Positions 26,900 through 36,971 of a stretch of DNA of 64,000 bases are shown piece after piece. Each line of letters opens with the position of its first letter. The first letter of the stretch is position 1. Both the position numbers and the translations under genes were made by a program. The notes beneath the pieces are model-generated. The model saw only the letters and a list, made by a program, of their open reading frames with translations, did no database searches and was not told where the DNA came from. This stretch comes from Longimicrobiales bacterium (GTDB lineage Bacteria; Gemmatimonadota; Gemmatimonadetes; Longimicrobiales; Gaopeijiaceae): NCBI GenBank assembly GCA_965204735.1, contig OZ242008.1, forward strand, positions 3,840,001-3,904,000, in the 5' to 3' direction.

Positions 26900-29800
26900 C
26901 GGCCCTGACGCGGTGGCGGCACGTCGCTCGACAGGAGTTCCTGTCGGGTCTTCGCAAGCCCGCCTACTGGATACTCTTCGGCGTCCTGATCCTCCTGGCG
27001 TGGGGGTTCGCGCAGGGCAGCGTGACGATCTCGTCGGGCGAGTCGATCGCCGGAGGGACTCGTCCCCACGTCACCTCCATGTTCAACCAAAGCCTGATCC
27101 AGACGGTCGCTGTCATGGGGATCGGGGCGTGGTTCCTGACGATCGCCGCCGGCATGATCCTGCCTCGCGAAGCCGAGCTTCAGGTGGAGGAGGTGCTCCA
27201 CTCGACGCCAATGACCCCGGGCGAGTACGTGTGGGGCAAGTTCGCCGGGGCACTGGGGGTCTTCCTCGTCGGCTGGGTCCTCTTCCTGGGCGCCTTGGTG
27301 TGCTTCAACCACGTTGTCGCGTCGGGCGGCGACGCCGACCACTTGGGACCGTTCGCGCTGGGCAACTACCTGGTTCCCACGCTGGTGTTCGGCGGGCCGC
27401 AGATCCTCTTCTTCGCCGGCGCGTCGTTCTTTCTGGGGACGTGGACCCGGCGTCCGATCGTGGTCTTCGCGTTTCCCGTGGTGGTCCTTCTGCTCACCAT
27501 GACGCTGCTCACGCTGTGGTCCCCCAGCTGGCTCGATCCGGCGGTCAACCGGGCGTTGATGCTGGTCGACCCGTCGGGCTACCGGTGGCTCAACGAGACC
27601 TTCCTCAAGGTCGACCGGGGCGTCGAGTTCTACAACACCACGTCGCTTCCTCCCGACGTCGGGTTTCTGATCAGTCGGGCGGCGTTCGCGTTCGCCGGGC
27701 TCGCTGCCGTGGCCGCCGCCAGGAGAAGCGTCGCGCAAAGGCTGCGCGCGGGGCTCTCCGCGCCGGCTTGGCGGTGGGGCCGACGACGGTCCCGCAAGGA
27801 GAACCGCCTGCCGGCGGGCGGCGAACCGGCCCAGGCCGCGACTTCGGCGGCGGCAGGCCCGGGACTGGCGGAGCTTGCCATGACGACGAAGCCCCCGGGG
27901 TTCTGGCGGAGCGTCCGCGTCGTCGGCAGCTCGGAGGTGCGCGACCTGCTGGTTCGTCCGGGCATGTACCTCTTCGTGCCCTTGATCCTCTACCAGTCCG
28001 TCTTCAGCCTCGCCGTCTCGGTCGGCCCCTTCGACTCGCGGACGCTTCTCACGCCCGGCGCCGCCGCCGCGCGGCAAGTCAACACGCTTGCCCTGCTGGT
28101 GTGCCTGCTCCTCCTCTTCTACACCGTCGAGTCCCTTCACAAGGAACGCGGCAGGCGCTTGGCGGAGATCTTCAACGCGACGCCTATCGGCACCGGCGCA
28201 ATGCTCCTCGGCAAGACGCTGGGCAACAGCGTGGTGGCCGCGCTGATCTTGGTCGCGGCGCTCGGCGCCACCGCCGGACTGCTGGGGTATCAGCAGGTCT
28301 TCGAGGACAGCCCCGTCGGCTTCCGCCTCTTCCCCTTCGTGGCGGCGTGGGGCGCCGCGCTCGTTCCCACCTTCGTCTTCTGGACGGCGTTCGTCACTGC
28401 CGTCTTTTGCGTCTCCAGGAGCCGCCACGCCACCTACGGCGTGGGCTTGGGGGTGATCGTGTACACCGTCTACCGCGCCGCGTTCGTCGAGAGCCCGTCC
28501 TGGACGGTCAACTGGATCGCCTGGAACGCGCTCCAGTGGAGCGACATGGGCGCGTTTTCGCTGCACGGCCGAGCCCTGATGCTGAACCGCCTCCTTTACC
28601 TGAGCCTGGCGCCGCCGCTGGTGGCGATCGCGGTCGCGGCCTTCGGGCGGCGCGACTTCGACGCGGCCCACTTCCTTCACCGCCTGCGACCGAAGCCGCT
28701 GTTCATGGGCTTCCTTCGCTTGTCGCTGTTTCTTCTGCTGCCCGTCGTGCTCGGAACCACGCTTCACTTCGACGGCCGGTCGGGCTACGAGGGGCCGGCC
28801 GCCGAGGACGCGGCAGAGGAGTACTGGAGGAGGAACACGACGACGTGGACGGGCTTCGAGATGCCGTCCGTGTCCCACGTGGAGATGGACCTGACCTTCG
28901 AGCCCCGGGAGCGCTCCGTCGAGGTCTCGGGCGCCTACACGTTCTACAACCATCGGGACTACGCCTACGAACGAATTCCTCTGACCGCCGGCCGGTGGGA
29001 CCCCATCGAATGGACCCTCGACGGGGGCAAGCACGAGCCCGACGACCGGGCGGGGCTCTTCGTCTTCGAGCCGGCGTCCCCCCTCCGGCCCGGCGACTCC
29101 CTGACGATCGGCTTCGCCTACGAGCTGGAGCACCCCAGAGGCACGAGCAGGACCGCCGGCCCAGAGGGAGAGTTCATCCTTTCGTCGGGGATCGTGCTGG
29201 GCGCCTTCACGCCCACGTTCGCGCCCGTGCCGGGCTATGCGGAGGGCTGGGGCCAGCCCGAGACCCCCGACTCGAAGGAGTACGCCGACGACTTCTACGA
29301 AGGCGAGACCGAGCCCCTCTTCGGTTGGGGCGGCAAGCCGTTCACCACGCGCGTGCGGATCACGACGCCGGAGGAGTACGTGGCCAACAGCGTGGGGCGG
29401 TTGACCAGCGAAGAGACGACGGACGGACGGCGCATCGTCGTCTGGGAGAGCGACCATCCCGTCGGACTCTTCAACGTCGTGGCCGGGAAGTACGCGGTGC
29501 GGGAAGGCGAGGGCACGGCCATCTACTACCACCCCGAACACGACTACAACATCGACGAGATGTCCGCCGCCCTGGACGCGGCGCGCAAGTACTACTCCGA
29601 GTGGTTCCATCCCTTCCCGTGGGAGCTGCTCAAGCTCTCCGAGTTCCCGGGCTTCGCCACGTACGCGCAAGGCTTTCCCACCAACATCACCTTCAGCGAG
29701 AGCATCGGCTTCCTGGCCAAGAGCGACCCTCGCTCCCACGTCGCGTTCATGGTCGTCGCCCACGAAGCGGCGCATCAGTGGTGGGGCAACTTGCTGACGC

Positions 29801-30534
29801 CCGGCAGGGGTCCCGGCGGCAACGTCTTGTCCGAAGGCATGGCCCACTACGCCACCATGCTCCTGCACGAGCAGGTCCACGGCGACCGCTACCGAATCGA
29901 GTTCGCCAAGCGGATCGAGGAACGCTACGGCGACGGTCGGTACGTGGACTCGGAGCGTCCCCTGGCAACGACCGACGGCAGCCGCGACGGCGACGGGACG
30001 GTCACCTACGACAAGGGCGGCTGGGCGATGTGGATGCTCCAGCAGGAGATGGGCCGCGACAACATGCTGGCCGGCCTGCGGGCGTTCATTGCAAAGTACA
30101 ACCCGGACCCGGATTTTCCGGTCGTTCAGGACATGCTGGCCGTGCTCCGCCAGTTTGCGCCCGACACGGCAGCCTTCGACGCCTTCGCGGAGCAGTGGTT
30201 CTTCGACGTGGTGGCGCCCGAGTACAGGCTTTCGCAGGCGACGCTGGAGGAGACCGACGGCGAATGGACGGTGCGGGGAACCTTGGAGAACGTCGGCAGC
30301 GGACGGATGGCGGTGGAAGTGGCCGCCGTGGCGGGGGAGCGCTGGTCGGGCGAGGGCGAGGGCGCCGAGGCGCCCGGCTACCGGGATGCGCGCACAGTGG
30401 TGGAGGTGGGAAGCGGCGAGTCGGCTTCGTTCGAGATCGCCGCCCCCTTCGCGCCCGAGCAGGTGGTGGTGGATCCGGACGTGCTCGTGCTTCAGCTCAA
30501 CCGAAGCGCCGCCGTGTTCGCGTTCGAGGGATGA
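26896..30534 (+). CDS. ABC-2 permease fused to M1 family aminopeptidase
   Basis: GTGA overlap; two permease repeats then HEAAHQWWGN...LSEGMAHY zincin motif and YDKG. Confidence 0.9.
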   Translation: MTALTRWRHVARQEFLSGLRKPAYWILFGVLILLAWGFAQGSVTISSGESIAGGTRPHVTSMFNQSLIQTVAVMGIGAWFLTIAAGMILPREAELQVEEVLHSTPMTPGEYVWGKFAGALGVFLVGWVLFLGALVCFNHVVASGGDADHLGPFALGNYLVPTLVFGGPQILFFAGASFFLGTWTRRPIVVFAFPVVVLLLTMTLLTLWSPSWLDPAVNRALMLVDPSGYRWLNETFLKVDRGVEFYNTTSLPPDVGFLISRAAFAFAGLAAVAAARRSVAQRLRAGLSAPAWRWGRRRSRKENRLPAGGEPAQAATSAAAGPGLAELAMTTKPPGFWRSVRVVGSSEVRDLLVRPGMYLFVPLILYQSVFSLAVSVGPFDSRTLLTPGAAAARQVNTLALLVCLLLLFYTVESLHKERGRRLAEIFNATPIGTGAMLLGKTLGNSVVAALILVAALGATAGLLGYQQVFEDSPVGFRLFPFVAAWGAALVPTFVFWTAFVTAVFCVSRSRHATYGVGLGVIVYTVYRAAFVESPSWTVNWIAWNALQWSDMGAFSLHGRALMLNRLLYLSLAPPLVAIAVAAFGRRDFDAAHFLHRLRPKPLFMGFLRLSLFLLLPVVLGTTLHFDGRSGYEGPAAEDAAEEYWRRNTTTWTGFEMPSVSHVEMDLTFEPRERSVEVSGAYTFYNHRDYAYERIPLTAGRWDPIEWTLDGGKHEPDDRAGLFVFEPASPLRPGDSLTIGFAYELEHPRGTSRTAGPEGEFILSSGIVLGAFTPTFAPVPGYAEGWGQPETPDSKEYADDFYEGETEPLFGWGGKPFTTRVRITTPEEYVANSVGRLTSEETTDGRRIVVWESDHPVGLFNVVAGKYAVREGEGTAIYYHPEHDYNIDEMSAALDAARKYYSEWFHPFPWELLKLSEFPGFATYAQGFPTNITFSESIGFLAKSDPRSHVAFMVVAHEAAHQWWGNLLTPGRGPGGNVLSEGMAHYATMLLHEQVHGDRYRIEFAKRIEERYGDGRYVDSERPLATTDGSRDGDGTVTYDKGGWAMWMLQQEMGRDNMLAGLRAFIAKYNPDPDFPVVQDMLAVLRQFAPDTAAFDAFAEQWFFDVVAPEYRLSQATLEETDGEWTVRGTLENVGSGRMAVEVAAVAGERWSGEGEGAEAPGYRDARTVVEVGSGESASFEIAAPFAPEQVVVDPDVLVLQLNRSAAVFAFEG

Positions 30535-30556
30535 GGCGCGGCTTGGGACGTCTGCT

Positions 30557-31186
30557 TCAGACGACAAGCATCCCCGTTCCGACGGCCAGCAGAACGGCCC
30601 CGGCGGGCTTGGTCAGGCGGCGCCCGAAGGGAAGAGCCGTCTCCGCCGCCATGAACGCCGCCATGAGCCCCATCCACGCGACGCTGGCCATCCCGACGAC
30701 CAGCGCCAGCGCCATGAGAGCCCAGCAGCAGCCGACGCAGTAGAGGCCGTGGCGGAGGCCCAGCAACGCCCACCCGATCGCGCCTTCTCGCCAATGGGCC
30801 AGCAGGTAGCCGGCCGGCGACCGGCAGTGGGCCAGGCACGACTCCTTCAGCCCCGTGAACTGAAAGGCCCCGGCGGCGATCAGGATCGTCGCTGCCGCCG
30901 CAGGTGCGTGGGTCGTTAGGGGAACGGGCGCTCCCGACTCCGCCAGGACGACGTGCACGGTCGCCGCGGTCGCGCTGAACCCCGCCCAGGCGAGCGCGTA
31001 CCCGGCGCCGAACGGAGCCAGCGGAACCGCCGTCGAACGTCGGGGGGCGGTCCCGGGTGCCGGCCGGCCCGAAGCTGCCGATGCCGGCTTGAATGCCGAC
31101 GGCGGCCCGGCGGCCAGCCGGTGGAGCGCCCGCAGCCAGGGGTAGACGACGGGGGTCATCATGACGCCGGTCATGGCCAGCCACAT
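30557..31186 (-). CDS. DUF2182 predicted metal-binding integral membrane protein
   Basis: AGAFQFTGLKESCLAHCRSP, GLRHGLYCVGCCWALMAL signature. Confidence 0.85.
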   Translation of the reverse strand: MWLAMTGVMMTPVVYPWLRALHRLAAGPPSAFKPASAASGRPAPGTAPRRSTAVPLAPFGAGYALAWAGFSATAATVHVVLAESGAPVPLTTHAPAAAATILIAAGAFQFTGLKESCLAHCRSPAGYLLAHWREGAIGWALLGLRHGLYCVGCCWALMALALVVGMASVAWMGLMAAFMAAETALPFGRRLTKPAGAVLLAVGTGMLVV

Positions 31187-31250
31187 GGCGAAGGCGACGA
31201 AGAAGTCCAGTCGGGCCGCCTCCGGGGCTGTGCGTGGTCTCGGCTCTCGG

Positions 31251-31871
31251 TCAGTTCCCCGACGCCCAGCGGAAGCGGGACCACAGCCCGTGGGTCCCCT
31301 CTGTCCGGATCGCGATCTCTCCGTCGTCGTACTCGGTGGAGCCCATCGCGACGACCTGCTCCGAGTCGTGGATCTGGTTGTAGATGTTGCGGAAGGTCAC
31401 GGGCCGGCGCCGGTCCCGGCCCCGGATCGCGTCCACCGTCCCCTTGAGGACCCCTGCCACCGAGATCGCCTTGCGGTTGGGCTCGTCTTCGATTCGCATC
31501 GGCGCGACCCGGGTCGCCAGCCACTCGGAGACGAAGCGGGCGAGCACTTCCCACGGCCCGCCGCGCTTCCCCTTCAGGATCTCCTCCACTGCCCGCCGCT
31601 GCGCCTCGGAAGCGCGGTCCGACAGAACGATCCGCCCCTTCCAGCCTCCCTCGATCATGACGGGCGGGCACTCGAAGGCCATGACGGCCTCGACGCCCGA
31701 CAGGTCGATTCCGTCGCACTCGCCCTTGTGGAAGCGCATCGCCCAGAACCCGTGGCACACGTCGTGGGTGCACTTCTGGCTGAAGTGGATGTGCCCTGGA
31801 CAGACCGCAGTGCAGTTGCAGTTCTCGAAGGCGAGCCCCTCGGCCCACCACTCGCCTGCCGGCTCGCTCAC
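31251..31871 (-). CDS. DUF1326 family protein
   Basis: GTGA overlap; ENCNCTAVCPGH, CHGF, ASEAQRRAVEEI..GKRGGPW. Confidence 0.85.
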   Translation of the reverse strand: MSEPAGEWWAEGLAFENCNCTAVCPGHIHFSQKCTHDVCHGFWAMRFHKGECDGIDLSGVEAVMAFECPPVMIEGGWKGRIVLSDRASEAQRRAVEEILKGKRGGPWEVLARFVSEWLATRVAPMRIEDEPNRKAISVAGVLKGTVDAIRGRDRRRPVTFRNIYNQIHDSEQVVAMGSTEYDDGEIAIRTEGTHGLWSRFRWASGN

Positions 31872-33490
31872 GACTGCTCCCTCCCTATCTCTTCCGCCGC
31901 CATCAGCGCCAGCGCGCAGAAGGTGAGCGTCCCGTTGGCGCATCCGCTGGAGACGATCGTGGGCGCGCCGACGACGAAGAGGTTCTCGTGGTCGTGGGTG
32001 CGGCCCCATCGGTCCACCACGCTGGTGGCCGGGTCGTCGCCCATGCGGCAGCCGCCGCCGGGGTGCTCGAAGAGCCGCGAACTCTGGGTGCGCATGATCT
32101 TCCCGCCGGCGGAGGCCGTCAACTCCTGGAAGCGCGAGAGGATCGTTGCGCGAGTGTGGTCTTCCAGGTCCAGCGTCGCCCGGGCGGCGCGGAAGTCCAG
32201 CCTCGGCAAGGGGTCGCCCAGGGCGTTTGTGCGGGACGAGTCCAGGGTCAGGCGGCTTTCTCGGTCGGGGACCACGTCGTAGTAGGCCCGGATGCGGGCG
32301 GTGGCGGCCTGGGTGCGGGCGCGCCAGTCGGCAAGGACTTCGTCGCCCCACAGGAGCCGACGGTCGTCGTCGATCAGCCTCGGCGCCCGCCCCACGTCGG
32401 ACTCCCACAGGCGAAGGTCGTGGCGCAAGTATCGGTCCAGCGGTCCCGGGCTGGCGAATCGATGGGAGAGCAGGCTGTTGTTGACGAAGATGCCCGGGAA
32501 GAGCCGCATGGGCAGCTCGACGAAGCCGCTCACGAACCAGTGTCCGGTCATGTACCGGCCCAAGTTGCCGGTCCGGTTCGCCAAGCCGCCGGGGAAGCGG
32601 GCGTCCGCCGAGGCCAGGAGCAGGTGCGAGCTCCAGGCGTGGCCGCAGGCGACGACGAACGTGCGGGCGCGCAGCTCGACGGTCGTGTCTGGGGAGTCCG
32701 CGCGAACGGCTTGGGCGGACTCGATCCGGTCCGAGTCGGCGCAGCGCGCGAGCCGGCGCACGAGGGTGTTGGGAACCAGCTCGACGCGCCCGCTCGCCAC
32801 CAGGCGGTCGAAGGCGAAGTCCGGGGTGTACTTGGCGCCCGTGGGGCACACGTAGCAGCTGTCGCAGCGCCGGCAGACGTTGCGCCCCTGGTAGGGCGTC
32901 GTGTTGCGGGCCCAGGGCTGGGTCCAGAAGGGGACTCCGGCGGCGTCGGTCCACTCCCGCATCCGCCGCAGGTTGTACGACAGCGGCAACGGCGGCATCG
33001 GGTAGGGCTTGGAGCGCGGATCGTATTCGGGAGGACCCTGCTCGCCGGCCACGCCTATCCGCTCCTCCGCCTCCTGGTAGTACGGCTCCAGGTCGTCGAA
33101 CGAGATGGGCCAGTCGAAGCCCACGCCATAGAGGGATCGGACGCGGAAGTCCTCCGGCGAGTAGCGGGGAACGGCGCCGCCCCAGTGCATCGCGGCGCCG
33201 CCCACGACCATGGAGTTGTACATGGCGCCGCTGCCCGTCTGACCGGCGACGCGGTCGCCCGGGTAGGGGTTCTCGCCGTAGGCCAGCATCCGGGCGCGGG
33301 TTCGGGCGCGTTCCCCGAGGCCGACCGTTCGCCCCCCGGCCTCCACCACGGCGATCGACGCGCCCGTCCGCTCGGCCAGCCGCTCCGCCACCATGGCGGC
33401 GCTGATCCCGGCCCCGATGACGCACACGTCGCTCTCGACCACGCGCTGGGCGGCCCGACCCGCGTCCCGCCCGATCGCCGGCCCCCTCAC
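31868..33490 (-). CDS. GMC family FAD oxidoreductase
   Basis: DVCVIGAGISA, VGGAAMHWGG, CRRCDSCYVCPTGAKY, EHPGGGCRMG, NGTLT. Confidence 0.9.
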   Translation of the reverse strand: MRGPAIGRDAGRAAQRVVESDVCVIGAGISAAMVAERLAERTGASIAVVEAGGRTVGLGERARTRARMLAYGENPYPGDRVAGQTGSGAMYNSMVVGGAAMHWGGAVPRYSPEDFRVRSLYGVGFDWPISFDDLEPYYQEAEERIGVAGEQGPPEYDPRSKPYPMPPLPLSYNLRRMREWTDAAGVPFWTQPWARNTTPYQGRNVCRRCDSCYVCPTGAKYTPDFAFDRLVASGRVELVPNTLVRRLARCADSDRIESAQAVRADSPDTTVELRARTFVVACGHAWSSHLLLASADARFPGGLANRTGNLGRYMTGHWFVSGFVELPMRLFPGIFVNNSLLSHRFASPGPLDRYLRHDLRLWESDVGRAPRLIDDDRRLLWGDEVLADWRARTQAATARIRAYYDVVPDRESRLTLDSSRTNALGDPLPRLDFRAARATLDLEDHTRATILSRFQELTASAGGKIMRTQSSRLFEHPGGGCRMGDDPATSVVDRWGRTHDHENLFVVGAPTIVSSGCANGTLTFCALALMAAEEIGREQS

Positions 33491-34200
33491 GTGGTCGTCC
33501 CGTCGTCCGTCGCCAGCGCGGGCGGCGCCTCGCCGGCCCCTTCGAGCCCCCGGCACTGCTCCTGGCCGATCGCCCTGCCGTAGCACAGGTCCCGCGCCTC
33601 CGGCGATCTGTAGAAGTGCGCCATCAGCGCCAGCGCGACGTGCGCGGCTTCGGCCGGCGCGCCAAAGTCCCCGCGCGCCCCCTGCAGGCGTCGTGCAAGC
33701 ATTTCTCGGCGCTGCGCGACCCCGACTTCGGCGATCGATGCGCCGTGGCGCTTCCGGCACTCGGCGTCCAGCCCGCCAAGCTGGGCCGCCCAGCCCGGCC
33801 GGGGGTCCGGCCCCGAGTAGCGCACTTCCGGCACCAGGTACGGATGCCGCAGCTCGGCCACCGGCTCCAGCTCCGCCGCCCACCGCTCGAACGCTGCCAC
33901 CGCCCGCTCCGCGCCGTCGGCGCCCAGCTCCGTCGGCAGCACCGCCTCGGCAACCGCCCGGAGCGCTTCCGGCGGCAACGTCGCGGGGTCCGGTCCCATC
34001 CCGACCGCCCCGTCGGACCCCGCCGCGCTTCCCTGCCGGCCCCCCGACTCCGGCGCTCCGCACGCTCCCACCGACGCCGCCGCGACCGCCGTTGCGGATC
34101 GCTTGAGGAACGTCCGCCGCGAGCCCGAAGCTCCGTCCGGCCTCCCGCGGCTTCTTCCTTCGCGGGCCAAGCCGCCCTCGTCCCCGGTCTCGCCGCTCAT
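33487..34200 (-). CDS. Tat-exported small subunit (gluconate 2-dehydrogenase subunit 3-like)
   Basis: SRRTFLK Tat motif plus VGAC lipobox; LRAVAEAVLP, FYRSPEA; directly upstream of GMC gene. Confidence 0.7.
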   Translation of the reverse strand: MSGETGDEGGLAREGRSRGRPDGASGSRRTFLKRSATAVAAASVGACGAPESGGRQGSAAGSDGAVGMGPDPATLPPEALRAVAEAVLPTELGADGAERAVAAFERWAAELEPVAELRHPYLVPEVRYSGPDPRPGWAAQLGGLDAECRKRHGASIAEVGVAQRREMLARRLQGARGDFGAPAEAAHVALALMAHFYRSPEARDLCYGRAIGQEQCRGLEGAGEAPPALATDDGTTT

Positions 34201-35432
34201 CCGCCCCGGAAGAGCGACTTGGGCATGTGCATGCTCACCAGCATGTGGGGCACGTCGACCGTCTCCGAGATCTTCAGGTCGCCCGCCAGCGAGCAGAGGA
34301 CGTAGGCCTCTTCGCGGGTCAGGCCGTGCTCCGCCACCAAGTAGTCGATCATGTAGCGGGTGGCCTTGCGGGCCGCTTCGTCTATCGTCGCGGCGAAGCC
34401 GGTGACCGCGTAGTACTCGTCGGTCTCGTACTGGGGCTCGACCATGCCGCGGGCGTTCTCCAGGACCTCCACTTGGTAGACGATGCGCATCGGCGCCTCT
34501 ATGGCGGTCCCCGACACTTCGCCGTCGCCTTGGGCCGCGTGGGTGTCGCCGATGGAGAAGAGGGCGCCTTCCACCTGCACGGGGAAGTAGACGGTGGTTC
34601 CCGCGGTCATGTGGCGGTTGTCCATGTTGCCGCCGTTGGCGCGGGGCGGGATCGTGACCAGCATCGAGTCGGTGGCGGGCGCGACTCCCATGACGCCGGC
34701 GAAGGGGGCCAGGGGGACGACGACCCGGTCGTTGAAGGCGACTTCGGTGGCGCCCGATTCGATCTCGAAGCCTCGAATCCACGGCTCCGCGAACTCGTCG
34801 GCCAAGAACCCGAAGCCGGGGATGATCGTCGCCCAACCCCAGCCCTCGACCTCGATCTCGTGGAGGGTGACGGCCAGCACGTCCCCCGGCGCCGCGCCTT
34901 CCACGTAGACGGGGCCGGTCAATGGATGGATCAGTCCGAAGTCCAGGTCGGCCAGCTCCGCCGCTTCGGTGGACCGGGTCACTTGGCCGTCCGACGCCTC
35001 CTTGGTGCGCACCTCGATCACGGCCCCCGACGGCACCGTGAGCACCGGCGGTATCGTCGCGCTCCAGCGGGCGTGGGTGTTTTCGGTCCCCAGCGAGAAC
35101 TCCGGCGTGGGAACGGGCGTCGCGCCCACAGCGGCGACGGCGGCCTCCCCGCCGCCGCCCGTCTCCGTCGGCTCCTTGGGCTCCAGCCGGCATCCCGCGC
35201 TGGTCGCCCACAAGGCCAGCGCCCAGCCCGTCGCCAGGGGAGCGGTCCGCGCCCAGCCGCCGGCCCGCGACCACGGAAGCCGCGCAACGCCGCCGGCGGG
35301 GAGTCGGGGCCGAAACGAGCCTGCCCGCGCCCAGGGGAGCCGCGGATGCATGTCGATCCCCGTTCCCGCGCCCGGGGAGCTCGCCCGCGCCCCTGGGAGC
35401 CGCGTCTTCTTCGGTTGCTTCGCCTTCGTCAT
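34197..35432 (-). CDS. Acetamidase/formamidase family protein with long N-terminal extension
   Basis: HPLTGPVYVEGAAPGD, NGGNMD, GDTHAAQGDGEVSGTAIE; ATGA overlap. Confidence 0.88.
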   Translation of the reverse strand: MTKAKQPKKTRLPGARASSPGAGTGIDMHPRLPWARAGSFRPRLPAGGVARLPWSRAGGWARTAPLATGWALALWATSAGCRLEPKEPTETGGGGEAAVAAVGATPVPTPEFSLGTENTHARWSATIPPVLTVPSGAVIEVRTKEASDGQVTRSTEAAELADLDFGLIHPLTGPVYVEGAAPGDVLAVTLHEIEVEGWGWATIIPGFGFLADEFAEPWIRGFEIESGATEVAFNDRVVVPLAPFAGVMGVAPATDSMLVTIPPRANGGNMDNRHMTAGTTVYFPVQVEGALFSIGDTHAAQGDGEVSGTAIEAPMRIVYQVEVLENARGMVEPQYETDEYYAVTGFAATIDEAARKATRYMIDYLVAEHGLTREEAYVLCSLAGDLKISETVDVPHMLVSMHMPKSLFRGG

Positions 35433-36751
35433 CGCGTCAGCTCCTCCAGGACGCCCGCCAGCCGGTCGATCTCGGCCTCGGTGTTGTAGACGTGCGTCGA
35501 CACGCGAACGGCGTCGTGCCCGTCGCGCTGGTGTTCGTCGACGTGGATCTTCGCCCGCTTCGCCACGAGTCCCACGGCCTCCACCGCGTCCACGCCGTCG
35601 AGCTCGAAGATCGTGGAGCCGGGAGAGCACACGTCGGGACCGCCCCCGCTCAGCAACGCGGCCCGCTCCATCTCGGCCAGCCGGAGCTTGAGGTAGTCCG
35701 ACAGGTGTCGGGTCCGGGCCTCCACCGCCTCCAAGGTCACGTCCTCCATCAGCTCCAGGGACGCCGCCAGCGCCGCCCGAAGCGGCAGCGGGGAGGTTCC
35801 GGGGGGCCGATACGCCGACCCGCTCTCCACCCGCCCCGGCGCAAAGAGGGACGCGACCCGTTCCCGCGCGCCGGCACGCACGTAGAGAACGCCGGTGCCC
35901 ATGGGCCCCAGAAACCACTTGTGCAGGCTCGCCGAGTAGGTGTCGCAGCCCAGGTCGTGGAGATCGACCGGGAAGAGCCCCACCGCCTGGGCGCCGTCCA
36001 CGTGGCTGAGGCACCCGCGCTCCCGGGCCAGCGCGCAGAGTCGGCGCACCGGATAGAGGTGGCCGCCCCGGGTGACGTGGCAGAAGGCGACCACCCGAGT
36101 GGCCGGAGCGATCGCTGCTTCCACCAGCGCCGCGACCTGGTCTCCGCTCGCAAGGGGACTCGGGACGAAGACCTTCTTCAGCGTTGCGCCGTGCCGTTCG
36201 GCCCGCATCTCCCACGGTCGAAGGCCGGCCGGGTGCTCCTGAGTGGTGACCAGGACCTCGTCGCCAGGACGCAGCCGGACGCCGAAAGCTCCCAGATGGA
36301 GCGCCTCGCTGGCGTTGCGGGTCAGCGTCAGCTCGTTCGGGTCCGCCCCCAGCAGAGCCGCGAGTCCCGGGATCACGCGATCCGCAATCGCCTGCGAGAG
36401 CTCGTTCTTGGCGCGCAGAGGCTCCCTCGACAGCGCCTCGTACCCGACGGCGACGGCCGTCGCCACGGACGCCGGCGGCATCCCCAGGCTCGCGTTGTTC
36501 ATGTAGGCGACGCCCGGTTCCAGGACGAAGAGGTCGCGCACGGCGGCCCAGGCCTCGTCGCTGGTCCCGGCAGGGGCCGACGGCCGGGCGCCGCTGGACG
36601 ACTGCGGGCCGCCGAGGCCCGGACGGTCGTCGGGCGCCGGTCCGCAGGTCGCCAGGGAGACGCTCGCCAGCCCGGCGGCGCCGCCCGCCAAGAAGCCGCG
36701 TCGCGACAGCGTTCGGGAACCCGCGCCGCCCGCCGGATCGTCTCTCTGCAC
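35429..36751 (-). CDS. Tat-exported class V PLP aminotransferase (isopenicillin-N epimerase/cysteine desulfurase-like)
   Basis: GGAGG RBS, SRRGFL, YMNNASLG, TRNASEA, HVDGAQ, SLHKWFLGP, RVSTHVYN. Confidence 0.88.
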   Translation of the reverse strand: MQRDDPAGGAGSRTLSRRGFLAGGAAGLASVSLATCGPAPDDRPGLGGPQSSSGARPSAPAGTSDEAWAAVRDLFVLEPGVAYMNNASLGMPPASVATAVAVGYEALSREPLRAKNELSQAIADRVIPGLAALLGADPNELTLTRNASEALHLGAFGVRLRPGDEVLVTTQEHPAGLRPWEMRAERHGATLKKVFVPSPLASGDQVAALVEAAIAPATRVVAFCHVTRGGHLYPVRRLCALARERGCLSHVDGAQAVGLFPVDLHDLGCDTYSASLHKWFLGPMGTGVLYVRAGARERVASLFAPGRVESGSAYRPPGTSPLPLRAALAASLELMEDVTLEAVEARTRHLSDYLKLRLAEMERAALLSGGGPDVCSPGSTIFELDGVDAVEAVGLVAKRAKIHVDEHQRDGHDAVRVSTHVYNTEAEIDRLAGVLEELTR

Positions 36752-36971
36752 GTTGGCGCTCCTCCCGTTGGCGTGCCGCCCGGTCGCAGCCGTTCCGGGC
36801 GCATTCCCCCGGCGGCCCAAGCACGTTGACTTCCCGGAGCCGCCCAGGTTTCGTTCAACGTGCCGCGTCCGCCGGTCCTCCGGCAACCCGCAGGCGTTGC
36901 GCCGGGCAACCCGCGGCGCCTCTTCGCCCGGCGCTTCCTCCCCTTCGCCTTCAAGACTTCGGATTGCCGTC

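Noticed and set aside
26863..30743. Very long alternative-frame ORFs (1234 aa minus, 1276 aa plus) and similar ones such as 15134-17695 and 18515-20833
   Set aside because: Shadow ORFs typical of GC-rich DNA; low-complexity Arg/Gly/Pro or antisense to well-supported genes.
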